From the IMG/VR virus record IMGVR_UViG_2799112923_000001: a DNA stretch of 64,000 nucleotides; one strand, written 5' to 3'. Numbering within the stretch: position 1 is the first letter of the stretch; each line of letters opens with the position of its first letter. This document shows positions 10,315 to 19,343 of this stretch, one piece after another. The notes below the pieces were generated by a model. It was not told the origin of the DNA. It saw only the letters and a program-made list of their open reading frames with translations, and did not search any database. The position numbers and the translations under genes were made by a program. The DNA comes from a virus. Taxonomy: Duplodnaviria; Heunggongvirae; Uroviricota; Caudoviricetes.

Positions 10315-10731
10315 TTAGAAGTTACTATTGATAATCTTCTTATAGTCAAGGTAGTTCTTAATGACGAAACCTAAGTTCTTCATATTACTCAAGGTTTCTG
10401 TAATGAAAGTTAGGAAGTATTTCTGTTCGTTTATTTCACGAAGCATTTTACAGTACTCAGGATTTGCGTTAATTTGGGAATCTATTTCTTTCGCATTACC
10501 CCAAGAATAGTTATCCTGGAACTTGTAGTATTTAACCAATTCGCCATATTTAATAGCTGCGTCAATTTCTAATTTCTTGACGATATAAGTTTGGTTAGCA
10601 TACAATTTCTGCCAGTCGGAAATAAAGGTTGGAAGTAGATTATTCTTGTCAATAATCTCACTCATTTTATCAGGCATTTTTAGTTCGGTTTCAGCCTTCT
10701 TTTCCAAATCTTTGAATTCTTGTACAGTCAT
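10315..10731 (-). CDS. uvsY: UvsY-like recombination mediator
   Basis: 138-aa helical protein; KYYK, EID.QI.A.PEY and C-terminal GFVIKNYLDYKK resemble the UvsY GF.IK.....K motif; adjacent to 46. Confidence 0.7.
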   Translation of the reverse strand: MTVQEFKDLEKKAETELKMPDKMSEIIDKNNLLPTFISDWQKLYANQTYIVKKLEIDAAIKYGELVKYYKFQDNYSWGNAKEIDSQINANPEYCKMLREINEQKYFLTFITETLSNMKNLGFVIKNYLDYKKIINSNF

Positions 10732-10746
10732 TTTTCTTCCTTTATT

Positions 10747-11061
10747 TTAAAAATCTTTTTCTACTGATTTTAGTTGTTTATCGTTTTGATACTTCTTAAA
10801 TTCCAGTTGTAGTGTATGTATACTGCTATTATAAACTTCTTCTGTAAGCTGTGGTATATTCAATTCCACTTCTCTTAAATAGTCAGGTCTTTCTTGATTG
10901 TTCCATCTCCACCCAATACCAATAACTTCTTCGTCACAATCCAAATACATTGTTAATAATACTTGATTTGGTTCGTGACCGATATAATTATTGAATTTTT
11001 GACGTTTCAAAAAGGTGTAAGATTGCTGAGCATCTTTAAATGGTTCTATTAGCATATACAC
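10747..11061 (-). CDS. Hypothetical protein, DF-tail family
   Basis: Ends ..LKSVEKDF. Confidence 0.7.
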   Translation of the reverse strand: MYMLIEPFKDAQQSYTFLKRQKFNNYIGHEPNQVLLTMYLDCDEEVIGIGWRWNNQERPDYLREVELNIPQLTEEVYNSSIHTLQLEFKKYQNDKQLKSVEKDF

Positions 11062-11098
11062 AATTTAGTAATTTATATTGAAATGTAAATGGAATTTA

Positions 11099-11413
11099 TC
11101 AAAAATCATTTTTTATAGAACTTAGATTCTTTTTCATCTGGTTTTTCTTATACCAGAGCATTATTTTATCTACTTGTTTATCATACATTTCTTGTGTTGG
11201 ATTTTGTACAAATGATTTCGGAAGTTTCATAATATGATATCGGTCATTTACTGTATTATAACCCTTTGCATATTCTTTCCCCATAAAATTTATTGAAATT
11301 TCGTTATCTACAAAACAAGTTGAAACCCCTATATAGAACCAATGGGTTTTCCACATTCTGTTTCGGTTATAATCTATAAAATCTTTAACAATTTCAAAAT
11401 CTTGTATAGTCAT
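11099..11413 (-). CDS. Hypothetical protein, DF-tail family
   Basis: Ends ..LSSIKNDF. Confidence 0.7.
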   Translation of the reverse strand: MTIQDFEIVKDFIDYNRNRMWKTHWFYIGVSTCFVDNEISINFMGKEYAKGYNTVNDRYHIMKLPKSFVQNPTQEMYDKQVDKIMLWYKKNQMKKNLSSIKNDF

Positions 11414-11526
11414 ATTCTCAAATATAGCAACAAATTCTCAATTTCCCAATCTTTTTGTATTTTTAGAACTGAGGTCAGTTTTAAAAACTAAAAATTTATA
11501 CATAAACTAACCAAATTTCTATATTT

Positions 11527-11850
11527 GGGTGTGAAAATAGTAAGTCTCGGGTTACAGGAACGAAGCTCAACCCAATGTAGTTGTCGGCATGTCCCGAGCC
11601 ACAGTAGAATGAGGTGTGTTCTACAATTTGTGTGTAAATCACTAACGATAAGCTCAAAAGTAGCATTTTGAGATATAGCCCGTCTATGGCATAACTAAAT
11701 GTAGCTGGAATACAGGTAGACCGTTCCATAAGTTAGTTAGTAAGTCCCACAAGGTCTGATAGGATGATTGTCAATCACGAATATCAAGGCATTTAGTCCA
11801 AGTTATGGGCTAAGTGTCTTTCCTGAAATCAAAGTCATCACGAAGTATAA
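11527..11850 (+). ncRNA. Candidate structured non-coding RNA of unknown class
   Basis: Large gap without a credible gene, GC-richer than flanks, many complementary segments; TATACA-N17-TATATT (11497-11525) upstream. Confidence 0.55.
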
Positions 11851-11856
11851 GAAAGT

Positions 11857-11864
11857 CATAAATA
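11857..11864 (+). promoter_or_regulatory. T4-like late promoter
   Basis: CATAAATA 30 nt before ORF 11895. Confidence 0.55.
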
Positions 11865-11894
11865 CATTAGAATTAAACCAAATTTATTTTAAGA

Positions 11895-12875
11895 ATGTCT
11901 AAGGATTTGAAAATGATTGTAAGCATTTATAATGTTGGTAACGATTACCCACAAGGTTCTAAATCATTTAGACCAAAACCAGGACCTGGACCTGAGCCAG
12001 TTCCACCTACACCACCAATTCCACCAGAACCACCTACACCTGATATTATTTGGATAAAGTTCAAATTCCATAGTAAAACTTATAATCCACAAGAAAGACA
12101 ACTCGGTGTAGGTAAGGCTATTAAAGGTACTGATAGATATAATCAATCTTCAAAGAATTTCTCGGCTGAATGGAAACTGATTGATAAAGAAAACAATATA
12201 TGGCTATGGTTAGTTACTGATGGAACTAATCTTTCTAATGCTTTCGTATATGGTGAAGGTACTGGTGTTGGTATTCCTATGATATCTGGTGCAGATTATA
12301 TCACTGGAATACCCAAAGATTTAACCTATGTTGAAGGTGGTACTGTTGAAAGTTTACAAAGAAATGCTGATGAATGGAGAGGTGGAAAATCCATTGACCC
12401 AAGTGACTATGTTCCTAATTGTGAAATCCTTGATTGGAATTTGGAAAAGGCAACAGACATTACTTCCTTTATAGGAACTAATGTATGGTTCAAGAATAAT
12501 CTTGTAGGTACATTACCTATTATTAAATCTAATTCATTGACAAATATTTCTTATTCATTTAATCGTTGTTGGAATGTAACTTCCATTGAGGGTATTGACT
12601 TACCAAATTGTACTACAGGTGCTACTAATGCTTTTATGAGTATGATGGCATTGACTGAAATTCCTACTATTAAATCATTCCATAAAACTGGTCAATTAAA
12701 CAATACTTTCAATGGTTGTTTGCGTGTAAATAAGACTTCACTTGAAAATGCTTATAATGTTTTGAATAGCATTACTACGGCAACACACGGAGGTTGTTTC
12801 AATAAATGTGGTTATTTAATTGACGAACATGCATTAGATAACATTCCAACTTCTTGGGGTGGAAATAAAGCATAA
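11895..12875 (+). CDS. Probable virion-associated protein with Pro-rich linker and BspA/DUF285-like repeats
   Basis: PKPGPGPEPVPPTPPIPPEPPTP; F..C..L repeats; ends IPTSWGG; late promoter. Confidence 0.5.
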   Translation: MSKDLKMIVSIYNVGNDYPQGSKSFRPKPGPGPEPVPPTPPIPPEPPTPDIIWIKFKFHSKTYNPQERQLGVGKAIKGTDRYNQSSKNFSAEWKLIDKENNIWLWLVTDGTNLSNAFVYGEGTGVGIPMISGADYITGIPKDLTYVEGGTVESLQRNADEWRGGKSIDPSDYVPNCEILDWNLEKATDITSFIGTNVWFKNNLVGTLPIIKSNSLTNISYSFNRCWNVTSIEGIDLPNCTTGATNAFMSMMALTEIPTIKSFHKTGQLNNTFNGCLRVNKTSLENAYNVLNSITTATHGGCFNKCGYLIDEHALDNIPTSWGGNKA

Positions 12876-12878
12876 ATA
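12871..12878 (+). promoter_or_regulatory. T4-like late promoter heading leader-family cluster 1
   Basis: CATAAATA, then AAGGAG SD and ATG 12908. Confidence 0.65.
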
Positions 12879-12907
12879 CAATATAATAGTATTTAAGGAG
12901 AAACCTT

Positions 12908-13213
12908 ATGGATTTACAAGAAGCAAGAAAATTTCTAAACGAATATGGTTATAAACTTGTAGAAAATGATATTGGTGTGGAAAGAAACATTAAAAATCTT
13001 TTCATGAAGAACGGTTGGAATTTGGAAGAAACTTATGAACGTTCCGGTGGTGTTCATATTATTATGACAAGAGATGGACTTGAAATGGATTTGTTCGTAA
13101 AGGGCTTTAGATACGAATGTGATATTTTCAAAGGCTCAACTAAAATAAGAACTTTCGCAAATGATTTTGAAAATGCCAGTGAAATTGTAGAAACAGTAAA
13201 TTCAGAATTATAA
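12908..13213 (+). CDS. Leader-family protein (putative internal head protein)
   Basis: MDLQEARKFLNEYGYKLVE. Confidence 0.65.
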   Translation: MDLQEARKFLNEYGYKLVENDIGVERNIKNLFMKNGWNLEETYERSGGVHIIMTRDGLEMDLFVKGFRYECDIFKGSTKIRTFANDFENASEIVETVNSEL

Positions 13214-13226
13214 AATTGGTGGATTT

Positions 13227-13580
13227 ATGAGATTAGACGAAGCACAAGAAATTTTAAATTCTAAAGGTTATATTCTAGTAGAAAGATTGAATATGAACCA
13301 AGTTGTTGGAATGATTAACGATTTGGAAAAACAACAGGGTATTATTTTATATGATATGATAGACCCAAAAATTGCCGAATTGTATTTAACACGAAGCCAA
13401 TATGATGCCATTACTGTATTTGAAGAATTCAAAGAACTTGCCAAATTGAAAAAGAAGTGGGAATTAATTAAAGGTCTCGGTGACGAAGATTTAAGACTAT
13501 TGGATGTTAATGGTAAAAAACTTATTAAAGGATATATTGACAAAAATCTTCCAGTTTGGAAAATAAGAATTTATTTCTAA
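13227..13580 (+). CDS. Leader-family protein (putative internal head protein)
   Basis: MRLDEAQEILNSKGYILVE. Confidence 0.65.
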   Translation: MRLDEAQEILNSKGYILVERLNMNQVVGMINDLEKQQGIILYDMIDPKIAELYLTRSQYDAITVFEEFKELAKLKKKWELIKGLGDEDLRLLDVNGKKLIKGYIDKNLPVWKIRIYF

Positions 13581-13588
13581 GGTAATTT

Positions 13589-14401
13589 ATGAAATTAGAA
13601 GAAGCACAACAGATTTTACACGATAATGGTTTTCTTATGGAAAACATAACCGAAGATATAATTTCCGACATTCTATGGGATAATTTAAATACTGACACAA
13701 ATACAAGTATGAAGGGCATAAGAAAAGTATGTGATTTTCTTGAATACGATTTAAGAAAACCCATTGAAAAAGCAAGTGTAAAACGAATTGCTGAAACTAT
13801 TGTAAAACTTTATAATCTTGGTTATGAGTCTGAAAGATTTCATCCAAATCATCAGAGAAAGATTGAACTAAAAGATGCTATGAAGGCTGCTGCATTAATT
13901 AAGGCAAAAGCACAAGAAACTATGACAGAAAATTTTATGGTAGAAGATACAGAAACTCAGGATGACGAATATAACGAATTAAATAGAAAGTATGACGATG
14001 CAGTTAGAGATACACTCCCAAATGCTGATACATTAAAAAGAAAAACTACAAATTTATACCATAAACATCTTGATTTGGAAGATAAAATCCATCGTGCTTC
14101 TAATTTCAATATTAAGAATTTATTCTATGGTGTAGAGAAAGAATTACAGAAGTATTATAAGAATGTACATTTAGAAGCTACTGATTATGATGATAAAAAT
14201 AAAAGTCAGTTAGTTAGATATTACTTTAAGTATAATAAGAATTCCTATATGTTGGAAGTAATGTATTACGATGAAGAAGGTGTTATTGTAATACAGATTA
14301 TGGATGAAGATGAAGTAGGAATTGAAAGGGACGATTTTAGTATTACTACAGTTGATAAAGCAATTAAGCATATTGTAGATTTTACTAATTATAATGTTTA
14401 G
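13589..14401 (+). CDS. Leader-family protein (putative internal head protein)
   Basis: MKLEEAQQILHDNGFLME. Confidence 0.65.
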   Translation: MKLEEAQQILHDNGFLMENITEDIISDILWDNLNTDTNTSMKGIRKVCDFLEYDLRKPIEKASVKRIAETIVKLYNLGYESERFHPNHQRKIELKDAMKAAALIKAKAQETMTENFMVEDTETQDDEYNELNRKYDDAVRDTLPNADTLKRKTTNLYHKHLDLEDKIHRASNFNIKNLFYGVEKELQKYYKNVHLEATDYDDKNKSQLVRYYFKYNKNSYMLEVMYYDEEGVIVIQIMDEDEVGIERDDFSITTVDKAIKHIVDFTNYNV

Positions 14402-14411
14402 GAGTGTTTAT

Positions 14412-14684
14412 ATGGAATTAAAAGAAGCAAAAGAATTGTTAGAAAAGAATGGATTTCTAGTAGAATATGATATACCAGTCCCTTCAAATGTTAATATAGG
14501 TGATAGATTAGCACAAATTAAAAAAAGAGATAAACAAGTCCCTAATAAAGTTTATATTGTTGTAATGGATGGTGGTGAAAATGATGATGACTATGCCGTT
14601 TTTAGGGATATATTAGAAGCCAAAAAATGGGGTGATAGTAATTGTAAATATGATTATACTGTAAAAACAAGTAAAATGTTTTAA
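14412..14684 (+). CDS. Leader-family protein (putative internal head protein)
   Basis: Start moved to MELKEAKELLEKNGFLVE, preceded by AGGAG. Confidence 0.65.
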   Translation: MELKEAKELLEKNGFLVEYDIPVPSNVNIGDRLAQIKKRDKQVPNKVYIVVMDGGENDDDYAVFRDILEAKKWGDSNCKYDYTVKTSKMF

Positions 14685-14692
14685 AGGTTAAT

Positions 14693-15013
14693 ATGAAGTT
14701 AGACGAAGCACAAGAAATCTTAAAAGAAAATGGCTATTTGCTTGAAAGTGTAAATGGCATTTTAAACATTACACAAGATAAGTGTAACGAATTAGCAAAA
14801 GAAATTCAAGATGAAACAGGATTCTTTGATAATGAAGATGATTGTTTGGATTTCCTATCAGATTGTATAGGTTATAAACAAATTGGTGAAGTTGCTACTG
14901 AACTCTATAATTATTTGGTTTCTGTATATGGTGTTGAAGATGAAAATGTTGAAGATGACCGTGATGATATTGAAGCGCTTTTAAAATGTATTGAAGAAAA
15001 GTTTGGAGAATAG
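14693..15013 (+). CDS. Leader-family protein (putative internal head protein)
   Basis: MKLDEAQEILKENGYLLE. Confidence 0.65.
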   Translation: MKLDEAQEILKENGYLLESVNGILNITQDKCNELAKEIQDETGFFDNEDDCLDFLSDCIGYKQIGEVATELYNYLVSVYGVEDENVEDDRDDIEALLKCIEEKFGE

Positions 15014-15014
15014 T

Positions 15015-15962
15015 ATGAGAATAGAAGAAGCAAAAGAGTATTTAAATTCTAAAGGTTATATTTTAGAAGAAAATCAAGAATTGAACGAAGGTGTTTTAAC
15101 TATTGCGGCAGGAGTAACATTAGGTTTAATTGCGTTAAAAGTCGTAGGTAAAGTTCTTGGTGTAGGTTTAAAAGGTTTAGCAAATGTTTTAACACAGGCT
15201 AATCATTTGGCAATCTTAAAAGTTATTGATAGAGATAAAGATATTATCGCAGCAGAATTAAAAGAATATATGATGGCTGATGCAGAAGTATCTGAGTTAA
15301 TTGAAAATAAATCTATCACAGTAAAACAAATTCAAGAATGGATTGAAAAATCTTCAAACAAACTAATTCAACCTGAATTTAAAGCAAATGGTTTAAAAAT
15401 GGCTAATAATGAACTACACGATAGACAACTAAAATCTAGAGGTTGGAAAGGTGGTGTCAGTGGTGGAATAAAAGGTCATTTTGATAACCATGAAAAGATT
15501 CGTGAAATAAGTAGTAAATTGGCTCAAGTAGTTTATGATACAATTTACGAAGTAAAGAATGAAAGTACTATTTGTGAAGGTGCCTATAAAGATATTCTTC
15601 ATCAAAAATTCGCTGAAAAGAGAGCGAAGCGAGAACAAGACCAGAAAGACTATGATGCTAAACAGAGAAAGATGGCTAAAATTTCTAAAAAGTTGAATAA
15701 AGAAATTGAAGAATTTATTAGTGATTTAGCTGATGAATTGGTATCTGATAAAGTAACATGTAAATATGATAAAAATGATTGGATAACTATTATTCAAATA
15801 GAAAATAAACAATATAAAGTTGACACTTATGGCTGGGGTGTAGTAGAATTTGCTAAATATGAATATGGTCGCTGGAACAATATCTTCAATACTAGGAATT
15901 TGGATAATTTGGATGAGTTCTTGGAAAAGGTATTTGAATATCTAACAGACCAAGTAGCATAA
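15015..15962 (+). CDS. Leader-family protein with hydrophobic segment
   Basis: Start moved to MRIEEAKEYLNSKGYILEE; GVLTIAAGVTLGLIALKVVG follows LNE. Confidence 0.65.
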   Translation: MRIEEAKEYLNSKGYILEENQELNEGVLTIAAGVTLGLIALKVVGKVLGVGLKGLANVLTQANHLAILKVIDRDKDIIAAELKEYMMADAEVSELIENKSITVKQIQEWIEKSSNKLIQPEFKANGLKMANNELHDRQLKSRGWKGGVSGGIKGHFDNHEKIREISSKLAQVVYDTIYEVKNESTICEGAYKDILHQKFAEKRAKREQDQKDYDAKQRKMAKISKKLNKEIEEFISDLADELVSDKVTCKYDKNDWITIIQIENKQYKVDTYGWGVVEFAKYEYGRWNNIFNTRNLDNLDEFLEKVFEYLTDQVA

Positions 15963-15985
15963 TCTAGTTTATACATAAATTAACA

Positions 15986-16016
15986 AAAACGGTACAATAA
16001 AATGTACCGTTCTTTC
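15986..16016 (+). terminator. Intrinsic terminator
   Basis: AACGGTACA..TGTACCGTT followed by CTTT. Confidence 0.6.
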
Positions 16017-16030
16017 ATTGAGGTGAGAAT

Positions 16031-16612
16031 ATGAAAATAGAGAATTGTGTACTCGGTGTATATGAAACATTAAATGGTTTAGATATAGCCGGTGAAATGA
16101 GTATTTGGTTAAAGAAATACTACAAGTTATTCAAAGTAACACAGGAACCAATAGAAGGTAATTTATGTGAATATCCAGCATTGTTATTTGCTAGTGATTT
16201 CTGTATGGGAATAAACGAACCTGTGTTATATATTCATACAAAGGGAGCTGCAAATACAACACCTGTTCAAGAAATCGTAAGAGCATTGTGGAAAAGAGAA
16301 TTTAAGCAGAACAAAGGTTGGTACGAAGAACAAATAGAAGGTGATGAACCAAAAGTAATTTGCCCTATAACCACAAATGAAGAAATTGCTTGGTATAATG
16401 GATTTGTAATGAACTCTGCTGCCGCAAAGATAATCCATGATAGATTAACCATTGAAGATAGATACTTTTATGAAAAGAAATTGTTAGTTGGTAGTGGTAT
16501 TAAAGTAATTGGGCATTATGAAGCAGAGAAATTACAAGTAACAAAGAAAATGTTTGAAGTATTGGGTATTCCATACACAATTAAGAAACCAACAGAAGGA
16601 AAACAATTATGA
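16031..16612 (+). CDS. Hypothetical protein, possibly glycosyltransferase-related
   Basis: VLYIHTKG motif recalled from GT-associated proteins. Confidence 0.4.
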   Translation: MKIENCVLGVYETLNGLDIAGEMSIWLKKYYKLFKVTQEPIEGNLCEYPALLFASDFCMGINEPVLYIHTKGAANTTPVQEIVRALWKREFKQNKGWYEEQIEGDEPKVICPITTNEEIAWYNGFVMNSAAAKIIHDRLTIEDRYFYEKKLLVGSGIKVIGHYEAEKLQVTKKMFEVLGIPYTIKKPTEGKQL

Positions 16613-16854
16613 TTTATTTTGGTAGAGTTCCTATTGGAATGGGTGAAGAATATGAGTTTGATGGTGAACACGCAAACTGTTGTTGTAATTGTAAGTACAA
16701 TGGAAATACTTGTGTAGAAACAAATGAATGTGGAGTTTACTATGACCCACCATTGAATTGTGATAGTAAGGACGATTGTGAGCAGTGGTATGAAGCATTC
16801 ATAAAGCAGTATAAGAAATGTGATAGTAGATGGGACCTGCGTGACCAGTGCTAA
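16609..16854 (+). CDS. Small Cys-rich hypothetical protein
   Basis: CCCNC..C..C..C..C..C; ATGA-coupled. Confidence 0.55.
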   Translation: MIYFGRVPIGMGEEYEFDGEHANCCCNCKYNGNTCVETNECGVYYDPPLNCDSKDDCEQWYEAFIKQYKKCDSRWDLRDQC

Positions 16855-16858
16855 AAAG

Positions 16859-16887
16859 AAAAAGACCTCAGTAAGAGGTCTTTTTTA
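16859..16887. terminator. Bidirectional terminator
   Basis: AAAAAGACCTC-AGTAA-GAGGTCTTTTT between convergent genes. Confidence 0.8.
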
Positions 16888-17271
16888 TTATATTTCCAAT
16901 TTTTGTTTTGAACTAAAATCAAATTTTCCATTTTTAATTGGTATAATATAAACTTCGCTTTGTAAATGGTTTAAATCATCCATAATGGAATCTTCTAAAC
17001 AGATTTTTGTTTCTTTTATAATAGTTTCCATATCGTTTAAGTCAAATACTTTTGCTTCTTTAGTTTCATCAACATAATCATCGGCTTCACCAACGAAACC
17101 TTTATATGGGTCAAAATCAAAACTATTTACATAATCGTAAATCATAACAATACATTTGCCAGTTGGTTTATTAAATCTTTTGGCATTTTCAATTTTATCT
17201 TTTAGACTCATAGTTTCTTCAACAATAAACCCGTGATTATGTAATGTTTTTATTGCTTCTGTTAATTCCAT
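16888..17271 (-). CDS. Leader-family protein (putative internal head protein)
   Basis: MELTEAIKTLHNHGFIVEE; own late promoter. Confidence 0.65.
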   Translation of the reverse strand: MELTEAIKTLHNHGFIVEETMSLKDKIENAKRFNKPTGKCIVMIYDYVNSFDFDPYKGFVGEADDYVDETKEAKVFDLNDMETIIKETKICLEDSIMDDLNHLQSEVYIIPIKNGKFDFSSKQKLEI

Positions 17272-17291
17272 AAAACCCTCTCTAATTACTA

Positions 17292-17306
17292 TATTTATAA
17301 TAAATA
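17292..17306. promoter_or_regulatory. Divergent late promoters
   Basis: TATAAATA on minus (17292-17299); AATAAATA on plus (17299-17306). Confidence 0.55.
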
Positions 17307-17310
17307 CTAT

Positions 17311-17520
17311 ATGATAAAAGTTCTAATAGAAGATAACAAGTTTACAGTAATAGATGATGCCGAAAGTACACCAGGTCAGTCATACCAGTTAGTTCAAATG
17401 AAGATAGAATTAAGTGGTGTAAAAAGTGTAGAAGATTTGAAAACATTAAAGAGTTTCAAATTAAACGGTATTGAATATAACGATGGTAAGATAATCGCAT
17501 ATTTTACATATAAGGTATAA
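17311..17520 (+). CDS. Hypothetical protein
   Basis: 69-aa ORF. Confidence 0.5.
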   Translation: MIKVLIEDNKFTVIDDAESTPGQSYQLVQMKIELSGVKSVEDLKTLKSFKLNGIEYNDGKIIAYFTYKV

Positions 17521-17521
17521 T

Positions 17522-17731
17522 ATGAGAAAGTATCGTGGATTTATAAAAAAGAAGAAACCCATTATTCGTAAACCTGTATTACCCAAAAAGCCTGATACAG
17601 AAGAAAATGTTCAGGCTCAAATGGACAGTTTTGAGTTAGAATATCAAAAGTTCATAGAAGAATTAAAGGCCAAGAAGAATGAAAAGACTACCCAGGGCGA
17701 GGATTCACAGTTATTACAATCCAATGGATAA
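17522..17731 (+). CDS. Basic protein with FExEYQKFI motif
   Basis: SFELEYQKFIEELKAKK. Confidence 0.55.
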   Translation: MRKYRGFIKKKKPIIRKPVLPKKPDTEENVQAQMDSFELEYQKFIEELKAKKNEKTTQGEDSQLLQSNG

Positions 17732-18404
17732 AACGGATTTGGATGGCTCAAAAATGAGCATAACTCCTGCCGTTTTGGAGAATGGGATAGATACATACAG
17801 TGTAGTCAAGGACTTCTCAGCTTTTAGCGGTTCCTGGCACAGGTGGGATGATGGTATAGACTATAACACCCAGCGCCTTACTGGTCCTTACGAGCCAAGT
17901 GCTGAGATTCCTTCGGCATGTGGTGGTTTAGACCACTATTTGAACAGTGAATTATACAAATTACAGAACCCAAACTATCTAACACCCCCAAGTGGAACGG
18001 TTTATAGTCCAACATTGGTTAGAGAAATTGTAAAAAATTATTTACAATACCCAAAATACAATGTTTTCAACACAGATATTTCCGCACTTGAAGAATTGAG
18101 TGCGTTTGTGGGTGGATTTGATATAGAAGATTTCAGTGCCACCACACCAACTGTGTTTAAGGGTAATATAAATGTAAATTTATGTAAATGTAAAGAAGAT
18201 TGTGAATGTAAACAAAAAGATACACAACTACCTAAACAAGAAACTACCCCACAAACTAATGCTTGTAATTGTTTAGAAGAATTTGAGCGAGAATATCAAG
18301 AATTTATTGAAATGCTTCGTAGAAATCGTAAGAAACTACCTGATACAGAAGAATTGTATTTGTCAGCGTGGGAAGAAAGCGGTTGTAATTGCGAACAAAT
18401 ATAA
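17679..18404 (+). CDS. Hypothetical protein with FExEYQEFI motif
   Basis: EFEREYQEFIEMLRR. Confidence 0.6.
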   Translation: MKRLPRARIHSYYNPMDKTDLDGSKMSITPAVLENGIDTYSVVKDFSAFSGSWHRWDDGIDYNTQRLTGPYEPSAEIPSACGGLDHYLNSELYKLQNPNYLTPPSGTVYSPTLVREIVKNYLQYPKYNVFNTDISALEELSAFVGGFDIEDFSATTPTVFKGNINVNLCKCKEDCECKQKDTQLPKQETTPQTNACNCLEEFEREYQEFIEMLRRNRKKLPDTEELYLSAWEESGCNCEQI

Positions 18405-18407
18405 ATA
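18400..18407 (+). promoter_or_regulatory. T4-like late promoter
   Basis: TATAAATA before ORF 18442. Confidence 0.6.
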
Positions 18408-18441
18408 GAGTAAAACAAAACATTTTAAGAGGTATAAAATT

Positions 18442-18783
18442 ATGGCACATGGATTACAAGGATTCCCACAATCTAGTTATTACGGAAAATCAAAGAAGAA
18501 TGGTTCTGCTCCTGCTCCAAAAGCAGCTCCAAAGAAAATGAGTACATTTGAAGATGAATATCAAAAATTCATTCGTGAACTTAAAGCAAAGAAAGAAGCT
18601 CAAAAGCAAGCAGAAGAACAACCAATCATTCCTGAAACTCCAGTTCAAGAAGAAGCACCAGTAATTCCTGAAACAGTAGCAACAGTAGAAGAAACTGCTC
18701 CAATATTGAATGAAACAACAACCACTACTAAAAAGAAAAAGAAGAAAACAGAAGTTGTGGAAGAAACCCCAGTAGAAGAATAA
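18442..18783 (+). CDS. Low-complexity late protein with FExEYQKFI motif
   Basis: TFEDEYQKFIRELKAKK; E/T/P/K-rich tail. Confidence 0.6.
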   Translation: MAHGLQGFPQSSYYGKSKKNGSAPAPKAAPKKMSTFEDEYQKFIRELKAKKEAQKQAEEQPIIPETPVQEEAPVIPETVATVEETAPILNETTTTTKKKKKKTEVVEETPVEE

Positions 18784-18786
18784 TAA

Positions 18787-18815
18787 AAAAGCGGCTCATT
18801 GAGCCGCTATTCTTT
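18787..18815. terminator. Bidirectional terminator
   Basis: AGCGGCTC-ATT-GAGCCGCT between convergent genes. Confidence 0.75.
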
Positions 18816-19343
18816 TTAGAAATCTTTGTTAATATCGTCTAATAGTTTATGTTCTCTAAACTCTTTTAATTGTAATGGTAAATTTTTCAATTCTTCAATC
18901 TGTTTATAAAGAATTTCATTAAAATTCTTAAATCTTAAAAGACCTTTGAATTTACAATATGAAACATACTTACCATCTTCATTTTCAATAGTGAAATTGG
19001 TTAGATACTTATAACACATTACCTGACCATTACTACAATCTATTTTACCAATATGAAGATATGGTTGGTTTTTGAACATTTTGATATAATTGGAATTTAA
19101 ATTACCCCAACTAATATCATCGCATTTAAAAGTTACATTATCAAGATTTGATAGATTAAAATAAACATCATAAATCTGGTCATTAAAAGCATCGTAATGA
19201 TTATAAACTAACAAACCCTGATTGGTTAAGTATTTTTGAATATCGTGAATACTTGGGCAACCAATGAATCTTTCAAACAGACTATTTACAATATCACCAA
19301 TTTTTTCTTTTATTGTTTCTTTTATTTTTTCTTTTAGATTCAT
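18816..19343 (-). CDS. Hypothetical protein, DF-tail family
   Basis: Ends ..LDDINKDF. Confidence 0.7.
   Translation of the reverse strand: MNLKEKIKETIKEKIGDIVNSLFERFIGCPSIHDIQKYLTNQGLLVYNHYDAFNDQIYDVYFNLSNLDNVTFKCDDISWGNLNSNYIKMFKNQPYLHIGKIDCSNGQVMCYKYLTNFTIENEDGKYVSYCKFKGLLRFKNFNEILYKQIEELKNLPLQLKEFREHKLLDDINKDF

Noticed and set aside
11496-11729. 77-aa minus-strand ORF
   Set aside because: Atypical composition, no SD, antisense to the structured region
11527-11850. tmRNA interpretation (starts GGGTG; short internal frame ..NDKLKSSILRYSPSMA*)
   Set aside because: No T-arm TTCGA, acceptor-stem complement or CCA end found
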